64,000 nucleotides of DNA, taken from IMG/VR virus record IMGVR_UViG_3300012020_000005, positions 1-64,000 of that record, one strand, 5' to 3'. The notes below the pieces were generated by a model. It was not told where the DNA came from. It saw only the letters and a list, made by a program, of their open reading frames with translations, and did not search any database. Source of the DNA: a virus (taxonomy: Duplodnaviria > Caudoviricetes). Below, in pieces: positions 37,746-49,104 of this stretch; the first letter of the stretch is position 1, and each line of letters opens with the position of its first letter. The translations under genes were made by a program, and so were the position numbers.

Positions 37746-40700
37746 TTATTCGTCTTTTTTAAATATTCTACTCGCAAATGCGTAGTTATAAAAAAGATTT
37801 TCATCGTTAGTCTGGTAGTGGGTGTAAGACCTCCTATAATCTAAAGGGTCAGCAAATCTAAAATAATCTTTATAAAAAGGTATTAATTTTTTAATATAGT
37901 TATTTTTTTCCTCTGTTGTACCTCCTAAATCACTTATTTTAGCCCAATCTTCTAATTTACCCTTAATCATAAGAGGATTATCTAAAGTATGGTAAAGAGA
38001 ACTTGGTAGTCCAATAGTCGAACCTATTTGTTCAGTAGCTAAACGTGTTAATAGAACGTCTGTCATTGCAAGTCCAACCCCTACTTCATCTTGGTCATCG
38101 TTGTATCTGCTCAATAAAAGTGCCATAAAAGCTAAGGCATTTGCAAACCCTATATCAACCAAAACTCGTTTTATATTCTTTTTTTGATTTTCATCGGCAT
38201 TTTCATAAATTTCTCTAATATTTTTAGGATTTGAAAAAACTTTACCCATAAAATTAGCAACACTTCTCCAAGAACCTTCTTGCAATATTCCACTCTCACT
38301 GAGGTTAAAGTGCTGATACTTAAAGCGTTGTGGGAGAGCAGACAGAAGATAATTCAAGTGACTAAGAAAAAAATTAAATTTTGCATCTCTTGCCCAAATA
38401 GATTTTTGACTTTGCGGAATTTGGCTATCAATTCTATTTGTAAAAGCTAAAGCTCTTGTGGATATTGATAATTTCTTTTCTTCTAAGTATTCTTGAACTG
38501 TTTGGTTTGGTCTTGGTTTTATCTTTTTCTCCATCCTTTGTAAAAATTCAGGATTTGTAAAATCTAATACTCCATCTTTTATTGCCGAAACAAAATCAGG
38601 AGCAAATAATTCATTTTTAGTCCATTCAGACTTAACATCTCCTTTAAAACCCTCCGAATTTAATTTTTGTTTGAATTGATTAAAATCTAATATTCTTCCA
38701 TCAACTATTCTATAGTCATTTAATATTCCAAATACTCCACGTTCTACTATTGGATAGTTAGCTATCTCATGTAGTTTTGAATTAGCACTAATAGCTAACC
38801 TCAAACCTTTACTATATTGAGAGTCTTCAAAACGGTGAACTGCATTAAAAATACCTAATGATTCTCCAATAACGTTACCAACAGATTTAGATTCAAGCCC
38901 CATAGCTTCTTTGGCATCACTAGCAGCATATTTCATAAACATTTTGTTCCCTAGATTAGCAGCAATAGGATTGATAGTCTCTCCTATTATTCTCTCCATA
39001 AACTTTTGTGTTGCTCCTTGCATTACGTTAGTTATAGGTACTAAAACTGTTCCTAAATTGACTTTCTTAGCAAATTTATTTAAAGAAACTAAAACTTTAC
39101 CCACATCTATTGTTCTATCTCCTGCTTTTATTTCATAAGAAAAGTTTTCTTTAACTCCATAGAAATTACTCTCCATGAAAGATTTAAACATTTTTAAAGA
39201 GTTTGTAGCATCAGCTTGTTTCTTTTCAAAAGTACTATTTGATAACACATCTTCTATTACAAACATATCCCCAATATTTTCCTGTCTTGCTTTAAATAAA
39301 GAAGCTTGTTTTCCCCACATAGCATAAGCATAAAGATAGTTTTTAGTTAACTCCTTCTTATCTTCAAGAGGTGTATTATAGTATGTTGGTACAGTATATA
39401 ATCCATTAGTATCTAAAGTTCCTTTTTCTTGTTCTTCGGGTCTAAATGTTGCCCAATCTCTTACTGACTGAACTAAAGCTTGTGGATTGGTGTTGATGTA
39501 TCTTTCTACAGTTGTTGCTCTTACTTGGGGCATCATATATCTATCTCGTTTTCCTGTCAATTCTTGATAATCAATCATCAAGTCATTGTACTTTAGAATC
39601 TCTTTTCTAAGTTCCCACAAATCATTATTTTTAGTAGTTCCTGGCTTTCTATCTCCAGTCTCATCTAAATCAAACATTTCATAATACGCTTTATTTTTTA
39701 CTTGGTCAAGATAAGCTTTACTCCATTGCTCCTTTTTAGCATCTCTATTTTTTATAAATTCTTGATTTATATTGTCATTTAGTTTTTCCATATAAGAAAA
39801 GCTAGGGTTTATTTTAATTAAATCTTTTCTTTTTATAAAATCCTCTACTGTTAAAGTACCTGCTTCTAATTGTTGTTTTGTCTCTGTATATCCAATAGGC
39901 TCTGTTCTTTTTAGATAAGGTAAAAGTTTTGTTTTTGCATATTTCAACAATGCCTCTTCCTTTTCTTGTTGCGACATATCTTCTGTAAAGTACCTAGAAT
40001 ATGCTTTAGATATATTTCCGCCCTCTACTATTCTTTGAGCCCCTCTTATTGAAGCTACTCCATTTGGAGTTGTATTCTCTAAGATAAAACTCAACTCATC
40101 TTTCCCACTGTCTTTAACGTAGTTTGTATAAGCGTCATTAACAACAGTTTCTGCTTCTAACTCTGATTCAACTTCTTCTTCATTTTTTAAAATGTTTCTA
40201 GCTTCGGTATATAGACTTTCTAATTGAATTTGAGCTAATTTAATTTCATCTTTTTGAACGTTGTTCATCTGTATGAAATTTGTTTCACTAGGTTTATTGT
40301 AAACACTATTTTCTCTTAAAACTCTGTTTATAATTGCTTGTTGCTGTCTTATATTAGTTATTAAGTCTGTTGCTTCTTTTGTGCCGTTATTTCTAAGCTT
40401 ATCTACTAAGCCTGTATTTGTCTTAAACCCTTCATAGTAAGAATCGGGAAATGAAATATAGGAATTGTTTTCTAAAAATTCTAATTTTTCATTTGTTGTT
40501 TGTAAGGCTTCTAAATCTTTTATGAATTGTTCGGGAAGTTCTATTGCTCCTTCACTTTTATATAAATCAACAACGGCTTTATTATATTCTCTTTCAGATT
40601 TAAAGTTAGAAGGTTTAATAGTTTTATCTTCAACTTTATTATACCACCTTAAAGCCTCATCTGTTTTATAAAAATCTTGTTCTATTAAGGAAATTTGATT

Positions 40701-43700
40701 TAATCCTACAACTGTTTCTGCGGTGTCTTTCTCTCTTTGTGACAACTTTGTCCATGAGTCTTTTTCTACTCCATTTTCATATTTATCAATATCTACAATA
40801 TAGCGACCTAAATTATCATCATATATTTCTTTTATACCCGCCAATAAACTTCCATCAGACGCTCTAGGATTAGAATCTATTTGTCTGTTCTGACTAATTT
40901 TTTTCCACTCTGCTTGTGTTTCTTTTGTAATGTTGTTTCCTGCCTCAATTCTAATTTGAGTAGATTGTCTTTTATATTCATCATTTACTCTTAAAGCTCT
41001 TTCATCTACATTTAGTAATGATATAGGGGCATCTTGTCCTGCTAATTGAAGTTCATGTTTGTTTTTTCTATCAATAAAATCTTGGGTAAAATAAGAGTTA
41101 TATTTCCATTTAGTAAAATTACTCCATTCATTTTTAAACTCTGCTTGTAACGATAAGGTATCTAATGAATTTTCAGATAAAGTGTCAAAATAAGTAGAAA
41201 AATCCGTATCTTTTGTTACTTTACTGAAAGAAAATCCTTTAACCTCTATTATTTTATTTATTATCTCTACTTTCTTATTTAATTCTAACTCTTCTGCTTT
41301 TACAGGGTCAATCTCATTTATAATAGAATCTCCGCCTTGATGCAATAACTCTAGGTTTTTCTGATTTAGATTAGGAATATTAAGTAAACTTTTAAATGGT
41401 TTTTGAAAGTATTCAATACCTTGCAAATTCATTCTTTCAATTATATTTCCCGCCACATTCAAAACTCCTGAACGAGCTAATAGCAAAGAACCTAAATGTG
41501 CATGGAAAAAGTCAGTATCTTTTTGAACTCCTTCAATACTGTTCTCCATATACTTAATATAGGTGGCTCTATTATCTCCAACCATTTCATTTGCATCAGC
41601 AATCTTTTCAATCATGTTTTTAAAGGATTCTTTTCTTAATTTAGAAATATCCCCTTGCATACCAAACATTTGTTTTGCAATATCATCAATAGAGGCTATC
41701 ATTTCCTTTTCAAAATTGTTTAAAGGATTTAGAGTTGCTTTAACCTCTGATAATGATGGTAATACTCTGTCTTTTATACCCTGAAACAGAATATTTTCAG
41801 TTTGTGATAGTGGGTGGTCTCCCTCTTGTGTTTTATCAATTGCTCTACGTATTGTATTTACTTGTGAAGATGTAACTCTAATTAAAGATGCTATTCCTTT
41901 TAGTTTTTCAGCATTTTCTAATTCGGCAACTACTCTTTTTTGCTCCTCTGTTAATCCTTCTGTAGATGTTGTTGGTGTATTTATTTCTCTTTCGGCTCTT
42001 TCTAATAAAGATTTTTCAACGGAGTTTCTCGTTTTACTAGCTTGTTCTCTAAGGTTTTCTAATAATTTTGTACTTGCGCTGTACAGTTTATGCGCTTCAG
42101 TACTTGCACTTGAAATAGAAAACAATACATCAGTATCTTGGGTATTGGTATTCAAATTTATAGTCTCTTTAAATAAATTTCTATAAACTTGTCTTTCTAA
42201 GTTTTTTAATTCTAAAGCATAATCATTACTAAAATATGCTCTAATTCTATCAAAAAACTCATTGAAAAACTCTTTAATCTTATTTATTATTGAGTCTTCA
42301 ATTTGATTTGTGTTTCTAGCTTGGAAATTTTCTTTTATGGAGTTGGCTATAACTTTTCCTAATATCTCTTTTCTTGTTGTTTCTTCATTACCGTATATAC
42401 GCATGTATTCTTCGGCGTGTTGTTGCCACTCCTTAGTTTTATGAATATTTCGTAGTACGTTCTCTTTTTTCTCTAGTGGTATAGAAGATTCAATAAGGTG
42501 TGCTACCTCTTCAACTAAATCATCTTGTTCAATTACACCACCTTTAAAAGCTACAACTTTATTAGCTAAATCTACTAATGCTTTTGCCGAAATAGGTAGA
42601 TTATTTCTTTTAGAATAGTTTTTTAAATAGTCTTCAAAAGAAACTGTTTTTATTCCAAATTTCTTTAAGAGGTTCATTAATTTCTCTTGTAATTCATTCT
42701 CAGGAATAAATTCTTCTTGTGTTGATTTTATTTTTGTAGTTTGATTTTTGAATTCTTTATTTACTAGTATATCAGCAACAGTTTCTTTTGAGAATTGTTT
42801 TTCTAATTCTTTTATTGGTTGATTTAAATCTTCTAATTTTACAGTTTTTTCTTCGCCGTTTTTATTTGTTAAAGTTACGTTAGTTCGTTTATTTTCCTCT
42901 GTTATTGTTAGAGTATCATCAGCATGTATTGTAACAGCGTTTATACCAAATTGTCTTTTAAATAAGTCTTTAGCTATTTCACTATTTATCTTTTGTTTTT
43001 CATAGGTTTGTCCTTGTGGTTTGTAATGTATTTTTTCATTTTCTTTATAGGATTCTCCACTTAAAATATCAGATTTTACCATATTATTAATAAAACCTTC
43101 TGTTGTTTCGATATTTGTATTTGTTGAGATTGAATACAGTTCTTTAAATCCACTCACAGTATTTACTCCCGCTTGTAGTGGCTCTCCTTGTGTATTTTTT
43201 AAAGCATCTGAATAGTTGTCAAATACTTTACCATCTTGTGTTTGGTATTTTAGTTTTGGGGCGGTTTGGGATAACGAAAAAGCCACAACAGGGTTTTGAG
43301 TGTCTGCTTGTGTTATAGGTGCTTCATACCAATCAAATCCATTTTCATCTGTTACTATTTCAACTTCTTTTTCTTTTTTTAGTATTTCGGCGATTTCTTC
43401 ATATTTACGAGCAACTGTTTGTTGAGTGTCTGATAGGTCTGAGATGTTGAAACCTTGTTTGTTCTCAGCAACGTTGTACATAGAGGGTTGACTAAGTGTT
43501 TCTACATTTGTATAATCATCAAAAATATATACTTCATTGTCATCTTTACTATATACATAATAAGTGTCATTATTTGTTTCTTCTCCGCTATAAAGAAGTG
43601 TCTTTACATTAGGTATAGGCTCTCTTTCCCATTGTTCAACAAAACCTTTATAAGTAAAAATTTCTTCCATTGAACTGCGGCTAACAACTTCTATTTCCTG

Positions 43701-45308
43701 CTCATTTGAATAAGTTACTATATAATCTTGACCTAAGTATCCTATCATATCACCAGAAGTTAAAGTCCTCTTATTTTCATCTATTGAATATTGAATAGAG
43801 TATGGAGGAGTGCTTCCTTCACCTGTTGAAACGTACCCCTCAATAACACTCAAAGTATATGGTGTAGGAAAACGTAAAGAAGTTGCTCCACTTAGTGATG
43901 CTTCTTTTATTGCTTCTCTTACCATTCTTTGTTCCCAAACCTTTTGAGATGCTATGAATTGTTTTTCTTGTGGGGAAAGTGCTTTAAAAAACTCTTGTTC
44001 TACTTTAGACTTCTCTTTTTCTAATTGTTTTAAAAATTCATCTTTAGAGAAAAAGTCTAAACTATTCTTTAATACATCCTTTGCTTCTTGTAAGCTATCT
44101 AACACCTCTGGAATAACTTCGTTATCTACAAAAGGGTAGTATTGATTAGACATCTTTACTATCTTCAACTCTGTTCCAAAAAAATCAGTAGTAAAATTAC
44201 TCCCTTCTTCTTTGAAAATTAATTTATCAAAAACACTGTTTTTTACTCTATTTTTTGCCTCTTTATTAATATTAGATTGTTTTATGAATAATTCTTTAGC
44301 TTTGTTTTTTTGATAAGTGTCTGATTGAAGCTCTGCTACATAATAATCTTGTCCATCTTGCCATACACGAATATGACCAAACATTCCTTTGTTTATAGGT
44401 AAATCTCCAACAAAGTTTTCTTTTAGTTGTTCAATCATGTACTTATGTATCTCTTTTAAATCAGTAAAAGGCACATCTGATACGTTTCTTCTTAATATGT
44501 TACTATTGCTTTCGCCTTTTAAAATATAAACTTCGTTTGTAGAATCCCATTCATCTATTGCTCTAACAACATTAGAATTTCTCAAATTTACTTTAGTATC
44601 TGTTGTCCTACTATAATTCTCAATCCAAGCATCAACAGCTTCTTTTGTTCCTGCTGTACCTATATATTGATAAATATTATTGTCATTTGCTTGACTTTCA
44701 TAACCTTCTTCTACTGCTACCCAAACATTATCGTTTAATTGTTTAGGTACATATTTAATATTTTGTCGCCCACTAGCTTTAAAGTCTCCTGAAAAGTGAC
44801 CTGTTACTCCATGTTCAATTGGTGCGTTTAAAATTAAAGTTTTAGCTTCTCCATAATTACCTGAACCAAGGTTATCCATACCATAGTCAGCATAAGAAGA
44901 AGTTGTAATTCTTTCTAGTGGCATTATATTAGCCCTAACTGTTGCTTCTAGCTCATCAAATGAAATCTTTTTTTGACCTTTATAATTATCTTCAATTACT
45001 TGATTAATTAAATCTTTTTCTATTTGTTTTATCCCACCACCATTAAGTATTTGTTGTACGGTTATTGGGTTAACCATTTTACCTCGCATTTCTACAAAAG
45101 ACTTATTATCAAAAACCGAAAGAGTTAATGGTAATTTATCTGCTACTCTTGGTATTTCAATTTCTTTTGAATAAGTCTCCATAAAAATATCTAAAGCCTC
45201 ATTAAAATCCTTGACTTGTGCATTATTCAATATTTCTTGAAATATTTCATTATTCTCTTGAACACCAATTTTATTTCCATTATTATCGTATATTATAGTA
45301 CAGCTCAT
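37746..45308 (-). CDS. giant (2520 aa) putative virion-injected polyvalent protein
   Basis: Size; location in the large-gene module; GHIRV...YYVAELQSD...REAIKEA...LRFPT segment resembles polyvalent-protein domains; long helical C-terminus. Confidence 0.6.
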   Translation of the reverse strand: MSCTIIYDNNGNKIGVQENNEIFQEILNNAQVKDFNEALDIFMETYSKEIEIPRVADKLPLTLSVFDNKSFVEMRGKMVNPITVQQILNGGGIKQIEKDLINQVIEDNYKGQKKISFDELEATVRANIMPLERITTSSYADYGMDNLGSGNYGEAKTLILNAPIEHGVTGHFSGDFKASGRQNIKYVPKQLNDNVWVAVEEGYESQANDNNIYQYIGTAGTKEAVDAWIENYSRTTDTKVNLRNSNVVRAIDEWDSTNEVYILKGESNSNILRRNVSDVPFTDLKEIHKYMIEQLKENFVGDLPINKGMFGHIRVWQDGQDYYVAELQSDTYQKNKAKELFIKQSNINKEAKNRVKNSVFDKLIFKEEGSNFTTDFFGTELKIVKMSNQYYPFVDNEVIPEVLDSLQEAKDVLKNSLDFFSKDEFLKQLEKEKSKVEQEFFKALSPQEKQFIASQKVWEQRMVREAIKEASLSGATSLRFPTPYTLSVIEGYVSTGEGSTPPYSIQYSIDENKRTLTSGDMIGYLGQDYIVTYSNEQEIEVVSRSSMEEIFTYKGFVEQWEREPIPNVKTLLYSGEETNNDTYYVYSKDDNEVYIFDDYTNVETLSQPSMYNVAENKQGFNISDLSDTQQTVARKYEEIAEILKKEKEVEIVTDENGFDWYEAPITQADTQNPVVAFSLSQTAPKLKYQTQDGKVFDNYSDALKNTQGEPLQAGVNTVSGFKELYSISTNTNIETTEGFINNMVKSDILSGESYKENEKIHYKPQGQTYEKQKINSEIAKDLFKRQFGINAVTIHADDTLTITEENKRTNVTLTNKNGEEKTVKLEDLNQPIKELEKQFSKETVADILVNKEFKNQTTKIKSTQEEFIPENELQEKLMNLLKKFGIKTVSFEDYLKNYSKRNNLPISAKALVDLANKVVAFKGGVIEQDDLVEEVAHLIESSIPLEKKENVLRNIHKTKEWQQHAEEYMRIYGNEETTRKEILGKVIANSIKENFQARNTNQIEDSIINKIKEFFNEFFDRIRAYFSNDYALELKNLERQVYRNLFKETINLNTNTQDTDVLFSISSASTEAHKLYSASTKLLENLREQASKTRNSVEKSLLERAEREINTPTTSTEGLTEEQKRVVAELENAEKLKGIASLIRVTSSQVNTIRRAIDKTQEGDHPLSQTENILFQGIKDRVLPSLSEVKATLNPLNNFEKEMIASIDDIAKQMFGMQGDISKLRKESFKNMIEKIADANEMVGDNRATYIKYMENSIEGVQKDTDFFHAHLGSLLLARSGVLNVAGNIIERMNLQGIEYFQKPFKSLLNIPNLNQKNLELLHQGGDSIINEIDPVKAEELELNKKVEIINKIIEVKGFSFSKVTKDTDFSTYFDTLSENSLDTLSLQAEFKNEWSNFTKWKYNSYFTQDFIDRKNKHELQLAGQDAPISLLNVDERALRVNDEYKRQSTQIRIEAGNNITKETQAEWKKISQNRQIDSNPRASDGSLLAGIKEIYDDNLGRYIVDIDKYENGVEKDSWTKLSQREKDTAETVVGLNQISLIEQDFYKTDEALRWYNKVEDKTIKPSNFKSEREYNKAVVDLYKSEGAIELPEQFIKDLEALQTTNEKLEFLENNSYISFPDSYYEGFKTNTGLVDKLRNNGTKEATDLITNIRQQQAIINRVLRENSVYNKPSETNFIQMNNVQKDEIKLAQIQLESLYTEARNILKNEEEVESELEAETVVNDAYTNYVKDSGKDELSFILENTTPNGVASIRGAQRIVEGGNISKAYSRYFTEDMSQQEKEEALLKYAKTKLLPYLKRTEPIGYTETKQQLEAGTLTVEDFIKRKDLIKINPSFSYMEKLNDNINQEFIKNRDAKKEQWSKAYLDQVKNKAYYEMFDLDETGDRKPGTTKNNDLWELRKEILKYNDLMIDYQELTGKRDRYMMPQVRATTVERYINTNPQALVQSVRDWATFRPEEQEKGTLDTNGLYTVPTYYNTPLEDKKELTKNYLYAYAMWGKQASLFKARQENIGDMFVIEDVLSNSTFEKKQADATNSLKMFKSFMESNFYGVKENFSYEIKAGDRTIDVGKVLVSLNKFAKKVNLGTVLVPITNVMQGATQKFMERIIGETINPIAANLGNKMFMKYAASDAKEAMGLESKSVGNVIGESLGIFNAVHRFEDSQYSKGLRLAISANSKLHEIANYPIVERGVFGILNDYRIVDGRILDFNQFKQKLNSEGFKGDVKSEWTKNELFAPDFVSAIKDGVLDFTNPEFLQRMEKKIKPRPNQTVQEYLEEKKLSISTRALAFTNRIDSQIPQSQKSIWARDAKFNFFLSHLNYLLSALPQRFKYQHFNLSESGILQEGSWRSVANFMGKVFSNPKNIREIYENADENQKKNIKRVLVDIGFANALAFMALLLSRYNDDQDEVGVGLAMTDVLLTRLATEQIGSTIGLPSSLYHTLDNPLMIKGKLEDWAKISDLGGTTEEKNNYIKKLIPFYKDYFRFADPLDYRRSYTHYQTNDENLFYNYAFASRIFKKDE

Positions 45309-46585
45309 TAACAGTTAAATTTATCGTTTTTAATTTGGTTTTTTTCTTCTTGTTTTAAGTATTTTTTCGGCGAGGTAAATAAATCTTCTTGTGTTGAAAG
45401 ATAATTATAATCACTTAATCTTATATCTGTTTTTGGTGGTTTTATGTTGTATTGATAATAATCTTTCGCTTCATTTTCTGTTTTTATTTTGGCAAAAGTA
45501 CTTAAATTACCTTTTACTTCTACATTTTCATAAATTTCATCATTAACTTTTATAAATGTTTCTATATTGTCTTTTAATATTATTGTGTCTTCATTTACTC
45601 TAAATAAATCTTTTTTGTAGTTTTCTAAAGTTTGCGGATTATTTACAACTAAATCTCTTGGATTTTCATTTATTTCTTCAACTTCTAAATCGGGCATTTG
45701 TTTTGAAATCAAGGAATATTGTCTTAGATTGTTATCAGCATATATCTCTATTTGTTGCATAGTGATGTCATCTGCATTTAATAAATTTATTCCTTTTTCA
45801 TTTACTTCAAAGTTTGAATAAAAGTTTTTATATTTTGCCGAATTTTTTTGCTTTTCTTTTAATTGGTCTATATAAAAATCTGAAATAAAATCTTCTGTTA
45901 AATATCTATAATTTCCTGTGAATTGTTTTGTGGCGTTTTTGTATTGTGGTCTTTTAGTTAAATATCTAATGTCGTTTGTTTCCTCAGTTGTTGTTCCTTT
46001 TATTTCTGTTGCTGATTTTATTTGGTTGGGTTTTGCAGTTACATACACGTCAGAAACTCCAGCTCTACCATTTCCTAATAAGTCGTCTTTTACATTTTCT
46101 ACTAAAATACCATCTGTTTTATTCTGTCCTTTTTTATCAGTAACTATTCCAGGAAATCTATATCCAAAAACAGATTCATAGATACCTTGTACTGATAGTT
46201 TACTTTTTTTAGAAAGCATTGTATTTTCTGTAACTTCTATTGAACTAAAACTAGAATTTTTAGCATCAATAATTTCAATATTTCTAATATTTAAAAAAGT
46301 AGAATATACTCCCTTTTGACTGTTATTTGTTTTGTCTTCATAAGTTTTGGCTACTACCCTACTACTACTGAAAAACGACATCCCTTTTTTAAATTCGGTA
46401 AAACCTTTATTTGGAGTTCCGTGATAAACAACCAATGGCTCTCCGTTTTCATCGATAACTTTTGAAGCATTTTGTAGTCCTATATTTGTAACCTGATTTA
46501 CCAAATCTATATTATATACTGATAATTGGGTAATTAAATCCTCTTTAGTATAATCTTTATTATTAAAAGTATATGTACAACTCAT
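45308..46585 (-). CDS. protein with ART-PolyVal-like ADP-ribosyltransferase domain
   Basis: SKVIDENGEPLVVYHGT, FFSSS, FLNIRN, DGILV, PNQIKSAT. Confidence 0.75.
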   Translation of the reverse strand: MSCTYTFNNKDYTKEDLITQLSVYNIDLVNQVTNIGLQNASKVIDENGEPLVVYHGTPNKGFTEFKKGMSFFSSSRVVAKTYEDKTNNSQKGVYSTFLNIRNIEIIDAKNSSFSSIEVTENTMLSKKSKLSVQGIYESVFGYRFPGIVTDKKGQNKTDGILVENVKDDLLGNGRAGVSDVYVTAKPNQIKSATEIKGTTTEETNDIRYLTKRPQYKNATKQFTGNYRYLTEDFISDFYIDQLKEKQKNSAKYKNFYSNFEVNEKGINLLNADDITMQQIEIYADNNLRQYSLISKQMPDLEVEEINENPRDLVVNNPQTLENYKKDLFRVNEDTIILKDNIETFIKVNDEIYENVEVKGNLSTFAKIKTENEAKDYYQYNIKPPKTDIRLSDYNYLSTQEDLFTSPKKYLKQEEKNQIKNDKFNC

Positions 46586-46587
46586 TT

Positions 46588-47280
46588 TTATTTAACTATT
46601 AAATTTTGTAGTGTCTTCCAAGTTCTCCCTGCTCTTATTTCTGTTATTAGTCCTGATGTTATTTGTGGATACTTTTTAACTATTTCTTTATTTCTAAAAC
46701 CTTCGTTTATCATACTTATAATATCTAATCTTTCATGTTCAAGAAGTTTTGAATTTCCATTATTACTGCCCGTAAAAACATTGGTTTTAAAATTTTTTAA
46801 TCTTTTATTTTTAAAATCAAATGGATTATCTTTTTTAATATTAAATAAAATATCCTTTAAGTAATTTTTTTGTTCTTCCGTCCAAATTTTACCTTTATTC
46901 CTTTCAGATATTTTAATCTTTTCTTCCTCTGTCATTTTTTTACCTAAACAAGGTGCTTTACAATCTGTTGCTATATTATAAGAACAATCATAAAAACTTT
47001 TATCTTTAACCCATTGTTCTAATACAGTGTTATACTTGGGCAATGTGTTTAAAATGGGTATAAACTTAAAATTATTTTTTCCATCTTTATTGAAAGCTGA
47101 TTGTAAATGATTGTTTGGATGTGTTCCTCTCATTAATGAATTATAGTGCCAAAATAATCTTTTTCTTATATTAATACTACTGCCTACATAACATTTACTA
47201 TTTACTGTATTTTTTATTAAATAAACTCCAGACTCTTTATCAGATACTCTATCCGATTTTTCATAAACATTAAAATCCAC
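46588..47280 (-). CDS. GIY-YIG homing endonuclease with NUMOD3-like motif
   Basis: SGVYLIKNTVNSKCYVGSS...RLFWH; LGKKMTEEEKIKISE. Confidence 0.85.
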   Translation of the reverse strand: MDFNVYEKSDRVSDKESGVYLIKNTVNSKCYVGSSINIRKRLFWHYNSLMRGTHPNNHLQSAFNKDGKNNFKFIPILNTLPKYNTVLEQWVKDKSFYDCSYNIATDCKAPCLGKKMTEEEKIKISERNKGKIWTEEQKNYLKDILFNIKKDNPFDFKNKRLKNFKTNVFTGSNNGNSKLLEHERLDIISMINEGFRNKEIVKKYPQITSGLITEIRAGRTWKTLQNLIVK

Positions 47281-49104
47281 TTAATTACATTTTTTAATTA
47301 TTTTTAACTTTCTCACTATAGTCTCAAAGTTGTTTTTCACTTTATCTCTGTTTCCATATATATCTCCAAACCAAGAAATAAATTCAGGTGTTCTAACTAA
47401 TTTCCACTGCTCTTCATTTAAATTAGATATTTTTCCATTTGGAGCAAGTAAGTTTCCATTTTTATCTTTTACACCCTCAATATTTTGTTTTACACCCTCA
47501 TTTACACCCTCAACACCAAAATACATCTTATACAAAAATATAGCTTCTGCGTTTTCAGCATTGTTATAAATACTGTCTTGTTTTGTTATTTGCTCTTGAA
47601 CGTATTTTTCTAATGTTGTGCCCTTTGGATATTTTTCTGTGTATGTTCTTAGATTATTGTATAGTTCTTCTAAGCTTTCTTTTGCCGTTTGTATGTAAAT
47701 ACCTTTACCTAATTCTGATTGAATTAAACCTTTACTTTCATACAGCTCTTCTTCTGTTTTATTTGTGTTTAATTTTACGTAAGTTCTATCTGTTTTGTTT
47801 GATTTTACTATATCTTTTTTTGGCGTTGTATCTCTTTCAAAATATGTATCTGATTTTTCTGCATATACTTTTGTATTTTCTTTTGTCGGCGAATTTATAA
47901 AATTTTTAGTTGTGTCTAAATAATCTAATAAATCTTGGTCAATGCTTTTATCTGATAAACCTATTGCATCAATACCTTGTGAAATTAAATCATTTTCAAT
48001 AGCTTTTAAAACTATTCTTGTTTGTTCTTCTCCTTGTTTTAAAGTATTTAAAGATAGGTTTTGTATGCTATCTATTAAATCTGTTTTAAAGTTTTCTTTT
48101 ACTACTATAGGTAGAATTTGTTCTGTGTTGTTGTTTTTTGCGGAAATTATTTCTCCCTCTAAAGTTTCTATTAAAACATCTGCTTTTTTATAGTTTTTTG
48201 CTTCTTCTGAGAAGTTTTCTGCGCCGTAAGGCACTTCGTTATCTTCTGATAAAACAATGGCTTTAATAGCTTCTTTTTTTACAATATTTGGATTTAAATT
48301 TACTAATTTACCAAAAGCGTTTTTTTCATTAATTTGGTTAATTTCTCCTGTAACTTCTATTTTTGGTGTGAAGTCGGTATTTAAAAGTGCATCAACAGCT
48401 TGTTTTACTTTTGCTTGGTCAATAGTCATTAATTCATAACGAGAGTAGTATTTTTGAGGAATTTTAAACATTCCAAATTCGTCATAAAAATCTTCTGCTT
48501 TAAAGTTTGGAGTTGAGATTAGTACGTTAATTAAATCGGCTTTTTGATTTTGATTTAGTTGTGATTCTGTTTTGTTATTTGAAGCTACGTAATTTGTAAC
48601 TTCTTGTAGGGTTGGTTCTAACTGTACCTCTTCGCTTATTAGCTCCAACCTATCAAATGCTTTTTCGTACTTATCAATGAGACTACGTATTTCATTCTCT
48701 GAAACTCCATAATCTTCTTTTATTAAATCATAGTTTAATTTTTCTAATACTTCCCCATTTATTATTCTCTCAATAATAGGGAATAAATCTTCATAGTTAG
48801 ATGATAATGGTAACACTATATCAGAATAAGCTTCAAAAGCTTTTTTAGCATTTTGATAATTTTTATTACTCTCTAAATCTTTTTTTGTAAAGATAGGTGT
48901 ATTCCTATTTAACTGTTTAGTTTTTATCTTCTTTTTTGGCGTAAAAAAATCTAAAAAGGAATTAGATTTAGAAACTAAATACAGTTCCAATCCTTTCTCT
49001 TCTCCAAATTTATCAACAGCCTCTTTATATAGTTTAGAGGGTTGTCCTGAATCATCAAGAACTTTTACTATTTTTCCGTCAATATATTGAATATTACAGC
49101 TCAT
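47281..49104 (-). CDS. putative virion/cargo protein
   Basis: 607 aa in the structural module; C-terminal LAPNGKISNL...VRTPEFISWFGD polyvalent-protein motif. Confidence 0.55.
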   Translation of the reverse strand: MSCNIQYIDGKIVKVLDDSGQPSKLYKEAVDKFGEEKGLELYLVSKSNSFLDFFTPKKKIKTKQLNRNTPIFTKKDLESNKNYQNAKKAFEAYSDIVLPLSSNYEDLFPIIERIINGEVLEKLNYDLIKEDYGVSENEIRSLIDKYEKAFDRLELISEEVQLEPTLQEVTNYVASNNKTESQLNQNQKADLINVLISTPNFKAEDFYDEFGMFKIPQKYYSRYELMTIDQAKVKQAVDALLNTDFTPKIEVTGEINQINEKNAFGKLVNLNPNIVKKEAIKAIVLSEDNEVPYGAENFSEEAKNYKKADVLIETLEGEIISAKNNNTEQILPIVVKENFKTDLIDSIQNLSLNTLKQGEEQTRIVLKAIENDLISQGIDAIGLSDKSIDQDLLDYLDTTKNFINSPTKENTKVYAEKSDTYFERDTTPKKDIVKSNKTDRTYVKLNTNKTEEELYESKGLIQSELGKGIYIQTAKESLEELYNNLRTYTEKYPKGTTLEKYVQEQITKQDSIYNNAENAEAIFLYKMYFGVEGVNEGVKQNIEGVKDKNGNLLAPNGKISNLNEEQWKLVRTPEFISWFGDIYGNRDKVKNNFETIVRKLKIIKKCN

